Shown: positions 45,900-55,349 of the stretch, in pieces
Position numbering within the stretch: position 1 is the stretch's first letter
How the letters are laid out: each line of letters begins with the position of its first letter
Virus record (IMG/VR): IMGVR_UViG_3300010042_000197
Coordinates: 1-57,901 of that record
Source: a virus
Lineage: Duplodnaviria > Caudoviricetes
Direction: 5' to 3' (one strand)
DNA length: 57,901 nucleotides
Translations under genes and position numbers: made by a program
The notes under the pieces: generated by a model
Seen by the model: the letters and a program-made list of their open reading frames with translations, nothing else
Databases searched by the model: none
Told to the model about the DNA's origin: nothing

Positions 45900-46577
45900 T
45901 CAGCGAGTCCGCTCGGCCCACACACCGAGTGCTGACTCGCCCCGCACCGCCCTCACCCACGCAGCGAAGACGCGCTCCACCCGGGCCACCCGCTGCGCCA
46001 CAGCCTGGCGCGACACCCCGCGCCCCCGCCCCATCGTAGCCATGCTGCGGCCCTCCATCGCGCACCCCCACCAGGTCTCGAAGGCCTCGTGTGCCTGACG
46101 GCGGGCCACATCCCCATCCCGCCCTTGGACCAGCCGGGCGACAATCTCCGCCTCCGCCCGCCGAGCCAGCTCCCGGGCATCGCTGGCGGCGCCCTCCTCC
46201 TCGAGTTCGGCCGCGAGCCGGCTGGCGAAGGTGTCCAGGTCGCTGCCGGGGAGCAATTCGTCCAGGCTCGTCGTCTCGGGGTGTCGGTAGATGAAGCGCG
46301 ACATCACCGCGCGGACACGCATCCGGAGGTACCAGGGGAACCGGCTCTCGGAGGGCACCCACCGCTGGGCGGCACTCACCAGCGCATCGGCCGCCAGCCC
46401 CGCGGCCTCGTCCTCGTGGTGCCCGAGCCCAGCCCCGTGCAGGCGCTTCAACGTCAGCCCCAGGGCCAGCGGGCGCCACCGCTCACACAGGTGCTGCTGC
46501 TCCACCGTTAGAGGGCGGGCAGCCCCTTCTCCACCATCCCCCGACTCGCCCCGGGCACGGGCATCAACGCCTGCCAT
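45900..46577 (-). CDS. Sigma-70-like factor, probable late-gene regulator
   Basis: GGAGG RBS. Region-2-like ALVSAAQRWVPSESRFPWYLRMRV and region-4-like HTH GVSRQAVAQRV; upstream of terS. Confidence 0.7.
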   Translation of the reverse strand: MAGVDARARGESGDGGEGAARPLTVEQQHLCERWRPLALGLTLKRLHGAGLGHHEDEAAGLAADALVSAAQRWVPSESRFPWYLRMRVRAVMSRFIYRHPETTSLDELLPGSDLDTFASRLAAELEEEGAASDARELARRAEAEIVARLVQGRDGDVARRQAHEAFETWWGCAMEGRSMATMGRGRGVSRQAVAQRVARVERVFAAWVRAVRGESALGVWAERTR

Positions 46578-47657
46578 GCCTCCGAGCGTCGGTGTGAGCG
46601 GGGACGGCGTCCGGGAACCTGGGTGGCTTCCCCTGAGTCGAGCAAGGGAATACGCCATGTTACTCGCGGGCGAAGGCCTCCTGCTTCGCAGTCAGCGCGC
46701 GCAACGTGTCAGCCGGGGCAGACGTGCTCTCGGCCGTGCTCGACGCGCTGATGCGTTTTCGTGCCACGCGCCCGAGTCTCGGGGCGGGCGAGGACAGCGC
46801 CCGGGAACACTCCATACCTCGCAACGGCTGCGGACAGGATCCGCGAGCACTCATCTACGACGCCGGCAGTCCCCTTGTGTCACTTCCTACTTGTCACGGC
46901 AGTAAGTGAATGCCGTGTCTTGGCCGCAACCAGGAATCAATTACAACCGACACAGCAAAAACAACAACGCAGGGCAGGGCCCCAATTTGGGCGCATTTTT
47001 GAGCCCATCTAGCCGGGACATTGAGGAAATGAGTTGCCGGGACCTCGCCCAACAATCATGTAATCGCGGCCCCGATCCAACCCACTGGGTCCTACGCCAA
47101 ATAAGGGTGTGAGCGGGTACGCGCTGCGACTGTAGGTCCGGCTCACGAAGGAGCAGTTGCCGTCTCGGGATGACCCGGAAAGATTCAGCCAACCGGCTGA
47201 TTTTCTTCGCACTTTTGCAGTTTCATACCCACACGGTGCTGTAAGCCGGCTAGGGATGAACGGCAAGCGGTGCGTCCACTCGCAGTCCTTGACATGACCC
47301 CAGACGGCAGCTATCTGAGGCCACTACAGAAGGGAGGCGGCTCAACAGGCGAGCACACAAAGTCTTATCAAGCGGGGGAAAAAGAGCCCTTACGGTCTGC
47401 AAACCATAAAGGCTCCGAATTTCCCGCAAATCCTGACAAGCAATGCTCGACAGAGGCTGGCGGTTGGTCGTGATGGACAGACCGCGAGGATAGATATCAC
47501 CTATCCTTTCTCCGTCAAGCGCTGTGTCGTCAGGAAGTGGTTGTCTGTGCGCAGGCAGCGCAATCACAGCAGAATCGGACACCCCTGCCGCAAACAAGTC
47601 CTGCTTCAGTGGACGATGCGGCAAACACCTGACATCAAATCTATCCAGAACGTCTGG

Positions 47658-47951
47658 ATGAAGGCGCAAGACGTGAATTATCTGATCACTGGAGTTCGAC
47701 GCATCAGCCCCAAGAAGGGGATCGCGTATTACGCAGTGCGCGAAGTCGCGAATAATAAGGTGAGCGACACGGCCGTGCTGTGGACCAAGGAGCAGGTCGC
47801 AGGAGCGATTCTCAACGGGATCACGTTCACTACCGCTACGTGGAGCCCGATTTTCAAGAAGTGGATTGCCGGTGCAGCGGTCGAAGTAACCCTGCGCAGC
47901 CATGCCGACGGAACGCCCGTCGATAACCTCGAAAATCTTCCCGAGGTGTGA
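47658..47951 (+). CDS. DUF3892-domain protein
   Basis: YLITGVR..KEQVAGAILNGITFTT..GAAVEV..LRSHADGTPVDNLENLPE. Confidence 0.8.
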   Translation: MKAQDVNYLITGVRRISPKKGIAYYAVREVANNKVSDTAVLWTKEQVAGAILNGITFTTATWSPIFKKWIAGAAVEVTLRSHADGTPVDNLENLPEV

Positions 47952-48250
47952 GCGTCGTGGGCCGGGGGCATCCACCTCCCTGACCGTCCCATTTGGAGAT
48001 GAGAAGCCCGGCTGTACGCAGCCGGGCATGTAGTCACCGATGCCTGGGCGCCACGCACTAGGCACACTGGTTGCGTTCGACCTGTGGATACAAAGGCGAG
48101 AGGCGTCTGGCGGGTCGCGAGCAGCCCACGACCGCGTCCGCTCCATCCGGGTCCAGCGATCCAGGCCGATGAACCGACGTCTCCATGCTCACGTGACCAC
48201 CACCCCGGACGCGGGCCCTGCCAATCGCACAGGACCCGCGTCGCGTACCG

Positions 48251-48589
48251 TCAGCTCAACGGGAAAACGAGCCCGCAGGACGTACATCTCCCCCATCCAG
48301 AGGCACCTCCCCCCGACGTCAATCGAGGATGAACGCAGTTGGATGCCAACCACCGTTCGTACTCGTCCTGAATGACGAACACGTCTACCCAGGCATCGTC
48401 GTCGCTCTGGATGCAGTCACTCAGGTCCTTCAACTCATCCAGGCACTGCTTCGCACCTTCACAAGAAACAGGCTCGTCTAGCCTGGGCGTGGCGTATCCG
48501 GGCGAAAACACGCACTTCTCATCGGCGAGGTGGAAACCTCGCGGCTCCAAACAGCTGGTGCACGTCAACTCCTCTTTCGTCTTAGCCAT
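48251..48589 (-). CDS. Hypothetical Cys-containing protein
   Basis: AAGGA RBS; CTSC motifs at both ends. Confidence 0.55.
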   Translation of the reverse strand: MAKTKEELTCTSCLEPRGFHLADEKCVFSPGYATPRLDEPVSCEGAKQCLDELKDLSDCIQSDDDAWVDVFVIQDEYERWLASNCVHPRLTSGGGASGWGRCTSCGLVFPLS

Positions 48590-48675
48590 CCGTATCCGTC
48601 CTTAGCGCTTCTAGAGAAACCCACACCGTCGGTACCAACGGGGGGACGCTGAGATGCGCGGACAGTCGCGGCGTT

Positions 48676-49029
48676 TCACTTCTGAATTTCCGGCCACAGC
48701 TCAAGCTGCCCGCCCCCTCGCACCCTCCTCAGCCGGATACTGGGGGCGGGCGAGGGCTGGAGCAGAAGTCCGCGGGCGTAGGACTGGGCGGCCTTCCGGA
48801 GTCGGTCCTTCGCCTTCGCGAACTCCTCCTCGTCGTCTCCCGCGTCCGCGTAGGCCAGGGCGGCCGCGACGAGCCTCTCCCACGGGGTGGCGTACGTCTC
48901 CGCCACCGGCGTGGACAAGGGCTGGCCCCGCGTCGCTCGCTTTTGGTGCGCATGGCAGTGCTTCCGTCCAGGCGCGGCGTTCCGCGTGCAATCGGCCACC
49001 GTGCACTGCTCCGGGGGGCACGGCGTCAC
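48676..49029 (-). CDS. Small Zn-binding phage protein
   Basis: CTVADC..HCHAH; GTGA coupling. Confidence 0.6.
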   Translation of the reverse strand: MTPCPPEQCTVADCTRNAAPGRKHCHAHQKRATRGQPLSTPVAETYATPWERLVAAALAYADAGDDEEEFAKAKDRLRKAAQSYARGLLLQPSPAPSIRLRRVRGGGQLELWPEIQK

Positions 49030-49550
49030 GTCGCCCTCCCCTCGTGGGGCTTCGGGCCCTCCTCGAAGATCAGGTTGTCGAAGTTGAGCGCCTGAATGCG
49101 CTCCCTCAACTCACGGATGGCCGCACGTGCCGAATCGAACTGGATAGCGAGGCGCAGACGACCAGCCTCGAAGTCCGCGCGCGCCTCGGCGGCCACCGAC
49201 ACCTCGTCGTCCACACCATCGGCGGCACGGAGCGCGTCCCGCTCCAGGTGCCAGTCGTCGATGTAGGCATTTCGGCAGGGGGACGCGGCACACAAGAAGC
49301 GCTGGAGGCCCGAGAGCTGGCACTCGCAGTACACGCACAGCCCCTCCGGGACTTCGGCCCGTAGCTCGCGGATGAACCGCGGCTTCACTTTGATGGACCG
49401 CCCCGGGTTGGCCTCGTGCCGTCGGCGGCGTGCACTGGCCCGACGCCGGCACTTCGGCCCGCAGTAGGTCCCCGGATTGTCGTCGGCCAGGGCGGTGGCG
49501 CAGTGCTCGTCGGCGCACGCTCGCTTCCGGGGCTCCTCCAGGCACGTCAC
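49026..49550 (-). CDS. Zn-finger phage protein
   Basis: CADEHC..YCGPKCRR and CVYCE..FLC..CRNA; GTG start coupled to upstream stop. Confidence 0.6.
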   Translation of the reverse strand: MTCLEEPRKRACADEHCATALADDNPGTYCGPKCRRRASARRRRHEANPGRSIKVKPRFIRELRAEVPEGLCVYCECQLSGLQRFLCAASPCRNAYIDDWHLERDALRAADGVDDEVSVAAEARADFEAGRLRLAIQFDSARAAIRELRERIQALNFDNLIFEEGPKPHEGRAT

Positions 49551-50086
49551 CGCACACCTCCCTTCCGATAGGCCGGCGTCACCAGGTCCGCCCAGGACTT
49601 CGCGGGGCTGGCCTTCGTCACCTTCGGGGCCGGCACCTTCGCCTTCCTGGGCGCGCGCTCCGGCCGCGCCCGAGGGGCCAGTGCCACGGGTGGTGGCGGG
49701 GGCGCCACTGCGTCCTGTGCGCGGACCGCCGCCGCGAGCGCGTCCTCGCCCCAGGACAGCTCCACCAGCACGGAGGCCTCGCCTTGCGCTTGTGCGTATC
49801 TCCACCGCACCAGGGGTGAGGAGTCGTCGACGCGAAGCTGCCGGGCCACCTCGTCGCGGACGCTCTTCAGTGCGATAGGCAGGTTGTCGTCCTCGTCCAG
49901 CAGCCGCGGCGACACCCGCGTCAGCCGCACCACCAGCAGCGCCGGCCCCGTCCACCCAGGCCAGAGCAACTCCGTCGCCTGGCGCTGCCCCCTCGCCCGC
50001 TTCGCCCGCTCCTGGTGGTGCTCCCGGACGTTGCTGGTGTTCTTCGTGTCTACGGGCAGCACGAACTCGATGCGCGAGCACGTCAC
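49547..50086 (-). CDS. RusA-like Holliday junction resolvase
   Basis: NVREHHQERAKR..VRLTRVSPRLLDEDDNL..LKSVRDEVA..VDD. Confidence 0.7.
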   Translation of the reverse strand: MTCSRIEFVLPVDTKNTSNVREHHQERAKRARGQRQATELLWPGWTGPALLVVRLTRVSPRLLDEDDNLPIALKSVRDEVARQLRVDDSSPLVRWRYAQAQGEASVLVELSWGEDALAAAVRAQDAVAPPPPPVALAPRARPERAPRKAKVPAPKVTKASPAKSWADLVTPAYRKGGVR

Positions 50087-50625
50087 CGGAGGACCTCCAG
50101 CACCACGCGCACCGCCCACTTCCCGGACGCGCCCCGGTGGCGAGCCAGCAGCTCCGCCAGCACCTGGGCCTTCCACGCGTCCGCCGACAACCACCCGCCC
50201 GCCGCTCCCGCGTTGCAGTCGTAGACGGACAGCGCACCACCCGTCCGGTGGAGCCCCACCCAGTGCGTGTGCCGGTACTGCGCTCGCTCGGGTGCGGAGT
50301 CCCACGTGCCCCGGAGCTGGACGAAGGCCACGCCGTGGACACTTCCGCGCGGCATGCCCTGCTGGACGCGGTGGCGGACGCCCTGGGCGACGAGCGCGGC
50401 CGCCATGCTGGTGGGCGTCGTCCAGGGCTTCGCGGGGAAGCTGGGGAAGGACGCGCGCACCTCGCGCAGCGGAACCCCGAGCACCGCGGCGAGCGCGGAC
50501 GGGCCGCAGTTCGCCTTCCAGGTCTCGTTCTCCGCGAGGAGGTCCGGCGGTCTGTAGAGCTCGGGGCACGGCGTCATCGCGGTGGCTCCATCCTCATCAC
50601 CAGCCGCGCGCAGGAACTGCTTCAC
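50083..50625 (-). CDS. Papain-fold (C39-like) cysteine-peptidase-like protein
   Basis: NCGPSALAAVLG, THWVGL and VYDCN give a candidate Cys-His-Asp triad. Confidence 0.5.
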   Translation of the reverse strand: MKQFLRAAGDEDGATAMTPCPELYRPPDLLAENETWKANCGPSALAAVLGVPLREVRASFPSFPAKPWTTPTSMAAALVAQGVRHRVQQGMPRGSVHGVAFVQLRGTWDSAPERAQYRHTHWVGLHRTGGALSVYDCNAGAAGGWLSADAWKAQVLAELLARHRGASGKWAVRVVLEVLR

Positions 50626-51440
50626 GGCTTCCCTCCCCGCCGCAGGTCCACCTTCCCGCAGTCGGCCAGGTGGAACGTCCCCTGGCGGCTCATACGCGAG
50701 ACGACGCGGGCGCCCACGTGGACGGCGAAATCAGAGGGCACGCCGTCCCTCCGCTGCACGGAGAGGTTGGTGGTGTACGCCGTCACCATGCCGGGACTGT
50801 CCCGCCGGTCCACCAGCTCCTCGAGGAGTTCCCGGTGGCGCGGGCCCAGCTCCTCGCCCGGCAGCCCACCGACGTCGTCCAGCACCAGGACGCGCGCTCG
50901 GTGCGCCCGGTGGAGAAGCTGCCTGTCCTCCGCCTCGTAGTCGCTGACGCGCTTCACCTGCGACCAGCGCACGAAGAGCCCGGCGGACGCGTCCCACTCG
51001 GACAGCCGCTGGCCGGTGCGCGTCTCGTAACGCACCGCGGAGCGGAAGAGGTGGCACGCTCCGGCCGTCTTCCCCACCCCGGTGCCGCCGGACAAGAGCA
51101 GCGTGCGCAGCCCCTCCTGCAGGACGTGCCGCGCGGCGCGGAGGGCCGGCGTCTCCAGCAGCTTGTCCCCGGTGAGGGCTTCCACGGCCTCCGGAGGGGC
51201 GAGGCACAGCTTCAGGTGCAGCGGCCATGCGGCGGCCTGGGCAGCCTCGTGCCGGGCCCGCTCCGCCGCCTCGGCCTGCTGCAGCTCCACCTCTCGCTGC
51301 TTCCAGTCGGCCTCAAGCTGGGCCAGCCCCGCCGGAGGCTGCTCACGCGCCTGGGACATGGCCTTTCGCATCAGGTCCGCCAGCCGTTGGGGCCCCTGCC
51401 GCTGGGGCGCGGGCGGTGCCTTCGTGTCGTCTCGGCTCAT
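50622..51440 (-). CDS. DnaC/IstB-like helicase-loader ATPase
   Basis: LLSGGTGVGKT, LVLDDVG, YTTNLS, GARVVSRM; follows the initiator. Confidence 0.85.
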   Translation of the reverse strand: MSRDDTKAPPAPQRQGPQRLADLMRKAMSQAREQPPAGLAQLEADWKQREVELQQAEAAERARHEAAQAAAWPLHLKLCLAPPEAVEALTGDKLLETPALRAARHVLQEGLRTLLLSGGTGVGKTAGACHLFRSAVRYETRTGQRLSEWDASAGLFVRWSQVKRVSDYEAEDRQLLHRAHRARVLVLDDVGGLPGEELGPRHRELLEELVDRRDSPGMVTAYTTNLSVQRRDGVPSDFAVHVGARVVSRMSRQGTFHLADCGKVDLRRGGKP

Positions 51441-53179
51441 AGGCTGTCCACCACCCCTTCCTGGTAGTCGTCGTCGTTGAGCGGGCGTCCTGGCGCGCGC
51501 GCGGACGAGGGGCGCGCCTCGGGCGTGGCGTTGTCGTTCCATTTCCGCACCAGGTTGGCCAGGGTGTCGCAGCGCTGCTTGAAGTTGGCCCGAAGGCCGT
51601 GGCTCCACCGGCGCAACACCTCCAGGACTCCACCGCCGCCAGCGAGCGACAGCAGCGTCCGGGTGGCGTTGTCATCGAAGTGCCCCCACGAGTACTCGCA
51701 CCCCTTCACCTCGCGGAAGACGCGCTCCACGCCGTCGCGCAGGGACTCGGTGTGCGGCCCCTGCGGCGGCAGCTCGAATGGCAGGGTGTCTCCCGGCGCG
51801 GCCAGTGGGACTGGGGGCGCGGCCTGTGGGGGTTGCTCGTCGCCGTCCTGGCCCTCGACGACGAAGCGGACGCCCGCCAGGGCCAGGCGTCGGGTGTAGC
51901 CGTCCAGCAGCCCCCGGCAGGTGTCCTGCACCCAGTCCAGGGCGAAGCGGTCCGGCAGCGCCACCACGAGGCGCTCCTCCTCGATGGCCACCGCGCGGGA
52001 GCGCTGGAGTTGGTCGGCGGTGTAGCTCTTCCCGTCCCCGCGCATGGCGCCCAGCACCTGGGCCCAGGCACGCGCCGCTTCGGTGCCCTCGGGCACGCCC
52101 TCCCGGCACATGGCGGCCCCGGGCTCCTCATGGGGTGGCGCCAGAGTGCGCTCCGGGTCCAGGCTCCAGGCGCCGCCGAGGAGCTGCTCCGCCACCTCGA
52201 GGCCCGCGCGCGTCCAGCCCAGCACCCAGACGACGTTGGCGCGCAGGCGGTTGGAGAGCTCTCCGCGACATGCCGGTGAGCGCGGGACGAGGGCGAATAC
52301 ACGGCGCCACTCTTCCAGCGGATGGCGCCCCAGTGCGTCCAGGGCGTCCTCCAGCATGCGCCGCGACGTGCGCTCCCCCCACGCGGGGAAGCCGTGGGCC
52401 AGCGCCATGGCATTCCAGGCCTCGCGCAGCTCTCGGACGTCCACGGGGAGGGAGTCCGGCTTGCGGTGCTCCCGTACCAGCCCGCGGACGTCACGCTGGC
52501 TGTCACGCACCTTGCGCGCGTCCTGCGTGACAGCCACCAGCGCCCCCCTCGTTTCCGAGGCAGAGGGAGGGGGAGGAGGGGGTGACTTCTGGGGTGTCAC
52601 GCTGGTTGTCACGCTGTCACGCTGCGCTTTCCGCGCGCGCTCCAGTCGCTTCCGCAGCGTCGCAGGCTTCGGATTTTCCAAGGCTTTTACCTCCCCCCCT
52701 CCCCCCTCCACCTCCGGCGTCACGCTGACTGTCACGCTGGAATGGGGGGTGTCACGCTGGGCCTGCGTGACACCGAGCGCGGCTTGCGTGACAGGGCTGG
52801 CTGCGGTGGTTGAGGGCGTCACGGCGGCAGGAGCTGGTGCAGTGCGCGGGCCGGCCGCCGGAGCCAGCAGCGCCACGGCCCTCTCCCACCCGTGGCTCAC
52901 GCCGGCCGCGTAGCTCTCCACGCGCAGCCGCGCCTCGCGCTCCGCCAGCAACTGCGCGCGCAGCTCCGCGACCTGGGCCTGGGCGCACGGGCATGCGTCC
53001 GCGAAGAAGCTGTCGGGCACTCCCGGGTCCTCGCCGCGAGCACGGCTCGCGGTGCCGCTCCCCACGGGCGGAATCACCTGGTGCGCCTCGGCCTCGGTGA
53101 CGAGCTGGCCCCCCAGCAGGCGCACCATGCCGGGCGGCACCTCTTCCTCGGGCGATGAGGGGTGGTTGCAGACGGCCAT
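51437..53179 (-). CDS. Phage replication initiator protein
   Basis: Upstream of the DnaC-like gene, contains an iteron cluster and a DnaA-N-like segment (LVVALPDRFALDWV). Confidence 0.7.
   Translation of the reverse strand: MAVCNHPSSPEEEVPPGMVRLLGGQLVTEAEAHQVIPPVGSGTASRARGEDPGVPDSFFADACPCAQAQVAELRAQLLAEREARLRVESYAAGVSHGWERAVALLAPAAGPRTAPAPAAVTPSTTAASPVTQAALGVTQAQRDTPHSSVTVSVTPEVEGGGGEVKALENPKPATLRKRLERARKAQRDSVTTSVTPQKSPPPPPPSASETRGALVAVTQDARKVRDSQRDVRGLVREHRKPDSLPVDVRELREAWNAMALAHGFPAWGERTSRRMLEDALDALGRHPLEEWRRVFALVPRSPACRGELSNRLRANVVWVLGWTRAGLEVAEQLLGGAWSLDPERTLAPPHEEPGAAMCREGVPEGTEAARAWAQVLGAMRGDGKSYTADQLQRSRAVAIEEERLVVALPDRFALDWVQDTCRGLLDGYTRRLALAGVRFVVEGQDGDEQPPQAAPPVPLAAPGDTLPFELPPQGPHTESLRDGVERVFREVKGCEYSWGHFDDNATRTLLSLAGGGGVLEVLRRWSHGLRANFKQRCDTLANLVRKWNDNATPEARPSSARAPGRPLNDDDYQEGVVDSL
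52490..52792. repeat. Iteron cluster, probable replication origin
   Basis: GTCACGCTG at 52490, 52596, 52608, 52616, 52719, 52731, 52751; inverted GCGTGAC at 52525, 52765, 52786. Confidence 0.75.
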
Positions 53180-53182
53180 GGG

Positions 53183-53548
53183 CTACGGCTCCTCGGGGTG
53201 GACGGGCATGCCCTCAAGAAGGGGCGACGGAGGCGCGGAGCGCAGGTGGAGGCAGGCGGAGCCAGCGAGCAGCGGAAGGCGCAAGCTCAGGCGGGGCGGT
53301 GGCGTCCACGCGCAGGGCGGGTGGATGCAGCACGCGGGCGGCACCGGCTGGTCCTTGCAGCCCGCCCGCCAGTTCACGCCGTGGCGGCACGTCGGCCAGG
53401 GCGCCTGGTACTTCCTGTGGGCGGACGCGCCGCCGGCAGTCGCCGCGTGGAAGGACACCGTCCCCGCGTCCGTGACGTCTCCGCCCATCCGCATGGCACC
53501 GCAGCGCGGGCAGCGCTCGTATCGTGTCGGGTACAGGCACCGGCTCAC
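53183..53548 (-). CDS. Small Cys-rich hypothetical protein
   Basis: GTG coupled to the methyltransferase stop; CPRCG motif. Confidence 0.5.
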   Translation of the reverse strand: MSRCLYPTRYERCPRCGAMRMGGDVTDAGTVSFHAATAGGASAHRKYQAPWPTCRHGVNWRAGCKDQPVPPACCIHPPCAWTPPPRLSLRLPLLAGSACLHLRSAPPSPLLEGMPVHPEEP

Positions 53549-55173
53549 GCCGCCCTCCGGCCCGCGAAGGCGTCGCCCAGGTTCGCGCGCACCACTGCTT
53601 CGGCCGCCTCCGGGCACACGCTGTTTCCGATGAGTCTGACCTTCCCTGCCTTGCTGGAGACGGCACTCAGGTCGTAGCCCTCGGCGTACTTCCCGAACTG
53701 GGCGCGGAGCAACTCGTGGGGCTCCAGCATCCGAAGGCCGATGTCGACAATTTGGTGTTCGACACCCTCCACGAGCACCAAACCCATGCGCCTGACGGCG
53801 GTGATGGTCCGCAGCGGCGCCGTCAGGCGCTGCCCCTCGCTCCCGGACCCGTAGTAGGCGGTGAGGAAGGCGCGGACCTCCGCGACGTGGTTGCCGCCCG
53901 CGGTGATGGTGCCGAGCGGCTCCTCCACCGAAGGCGCGCCCGGCTGGTTCGCTGCGGTGCCGCGGAACGTCGCAAGCGTCACCGCAGCCAGGGCGTGGTG
54001 GTCCTGGGTGGTGATGGTGTCCAACGGCCCATCCGCCCGGATGCCGGGCGTCACATGCCCGCCGTACCCCTTGGCGATGAACGGGGCCACCAACTGGTGC
54101 TCCTGGAGGAACGTCTGGACGAGGGCGTGCTTGCGACCCTGCGCGACGACGGTGCCCAGCGGCGCGTGCAGATTGAGCGTCCGCGCCTCCTGCCCAGGTC
54201 GCTCGCCGTACCCCGCCTGGATGAGCGTGGGCGCCACCAGGGCATGGCCTCTGCGCGTCGCCGTCACCGTGGACAGCGGCGCGTCGATGGATTCACTCCT
54301 GTCCACCAGCCCGCCGTGGTTCACCTTGATGATGAACGGGCGCGGATTCTCGAACACGTACTTCCGGATGCCTTGCGCGACCCGCCACAGCGTCTTCTTC
54401 ACGAGAGGCTTCTTGCGCCCGAAGATGGAGCGAACCGGCAGGCTCCAGTCAATGCACTCCGCCGCGGTGTGCATAGGCAGGAGGCTGGGGCCGTGCGTGG
54501 GCTCGGGCCAGACGATGGGCTGGCCGTCGCGCCGCGCGACGAGGAAGAGACGCTTGCGATTCGTCGGTGCGCCGTACTTGCTCGCGGTGAGCAGGCGCCA
54601 CTCGATGTGGTAGCCAAGCAGATCGAGCTGGCCGCGCCACGTATCGAAGTACTCGCCCTTCCGCTCCGGGATGGGCATGTCGATGAGCTTGTCCCCCGCC
54701 TTCAGGATGCGCCCATCCGGCATGACGTGGCCCAGCTCGTAGAGCGGCCCCCACCCGACGAACTCCTCCACATTCTCCAGGAAGATGATTTCCGGCGCGA
54801 CGTCGCGCGCCCAGCGCACCACGACGTGCGCCAGCGAGCGGATGTTCTTCTGGCGGGGCTTCGAGCCGCGCGCCTTCGCGAAGTGGGTGCAGTCCGGGGA
54901 CGCCCAAAGGGCCCACACCTTCCAGGACCTCAACGGGCGTCCGGACCTGGCGCGGTGCTTTCGCAGCAGCTTCACCACCTCACGAGGCGGCGTCTTCCAG
55001 ATGTCCTCGGCGAGGCACAGCGTGTTGGGGTGGTTGGCCTTGTAGACGCGCATGGCCAGTGGGTCGTGGTTGAGAGCCACATCCGGGTCCCGCCCGACGG
55101 CAGCGGCAACCCCGGTGGACGCGCCGCCACCGCCCGCGAACAGGTCCACAATGATGCCCTGGCTGCAGCTCAT
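53545..55173 (-). CDS. C5-cytosine DNA methyltransferase (orphan, phage type)
   Basis: DLFAGGGGAS, WASPDCTHF, FLENVEEF, YGAPTNRKRLF, RMLEPHEL..IGNSVCP. Confidence 0.93.
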   Translation of the reverse strand: MSCSQGIIVDLFAGGGGASTGVAAAVGRDPDVALNHDPLAMRVYKANHPNTLCLAEDIWKTPPREVVKLLRKHRARSGRPLRSWKVWALWASPDCTHFAKARGSKPRQKNIRSLAHVVVRWARDVAPEIIFLENVEEFVGWGPLYELGHVMPDGRILKAGDKLIDMPIPERKGEYFDTWRGQLDLLGYHIEWRLLTASKYGAPTNRKRLFLVARRDGQPIVWPEPTHGPSLLPMHTAAECIDWSLPVRSIFGRKKPLVKKTLWRVAQGIRKYVFENPRPFIIKVNHGGLVDRSESIDAPLSTVTATRRGHALVAPTLIQAGYGERPGQEARTLNLHAPLGTVVAQGRKHALVQTFLQEHQLVAPFIAKGYGGHVTPGIRADGPLDTITTQDHHALAAVTLATFRGTAANQPGAPSVEEPLGTITAGGNHVAEVRAFLTAYYGSGSEGQRLTAPLRTITAVRRMGLVLVEGVEHQIVDIGLRMLEPHELLRAQFGKYAEGYDLSAVSSKAGKVRLIGNSVCPEAAEAVVRANLGDAFAGRRAA

Positions 55174-55349
55174 GACCGGCTCCGCGTGAAGGCGATGGCG
55201 CCGAGGAGTCCGGCGCCCAGGAAGAGGACGAAGGCCACCGCGGCGAAGGCGATGGCGTGCGAGAGGTGCGGCTCGCTGTGCGCGGCGCGCGCGGCCAGGC
55301 CAGAGCCACCCAGGGCGATGGCGCCGAGCACCATGAGGCGACAGCTCAC
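55170..55349 (-). CDS. Small membrane protein
   Basis: Two hydrophobic segments; coupled at both ends. Confidence 0.55.
   Translation of the reverse strand: MSCRLMVLGAIALGGSGLAARAAHSEPHLSHAIAFAAVAFVLFLGAGLLGAIAFTRSRS

Noticed and set aside
47270-47473. Small ORF upstream of DUF3892
   Set aside because: No convincing start context or family motif; left unannotated.
52490-52792. Possible CRISPR array
   Set aside because: Repeats are 9 nt, irregularly spaced, in both orientations and within a CDS; no cas genes. Better explained as iterons.
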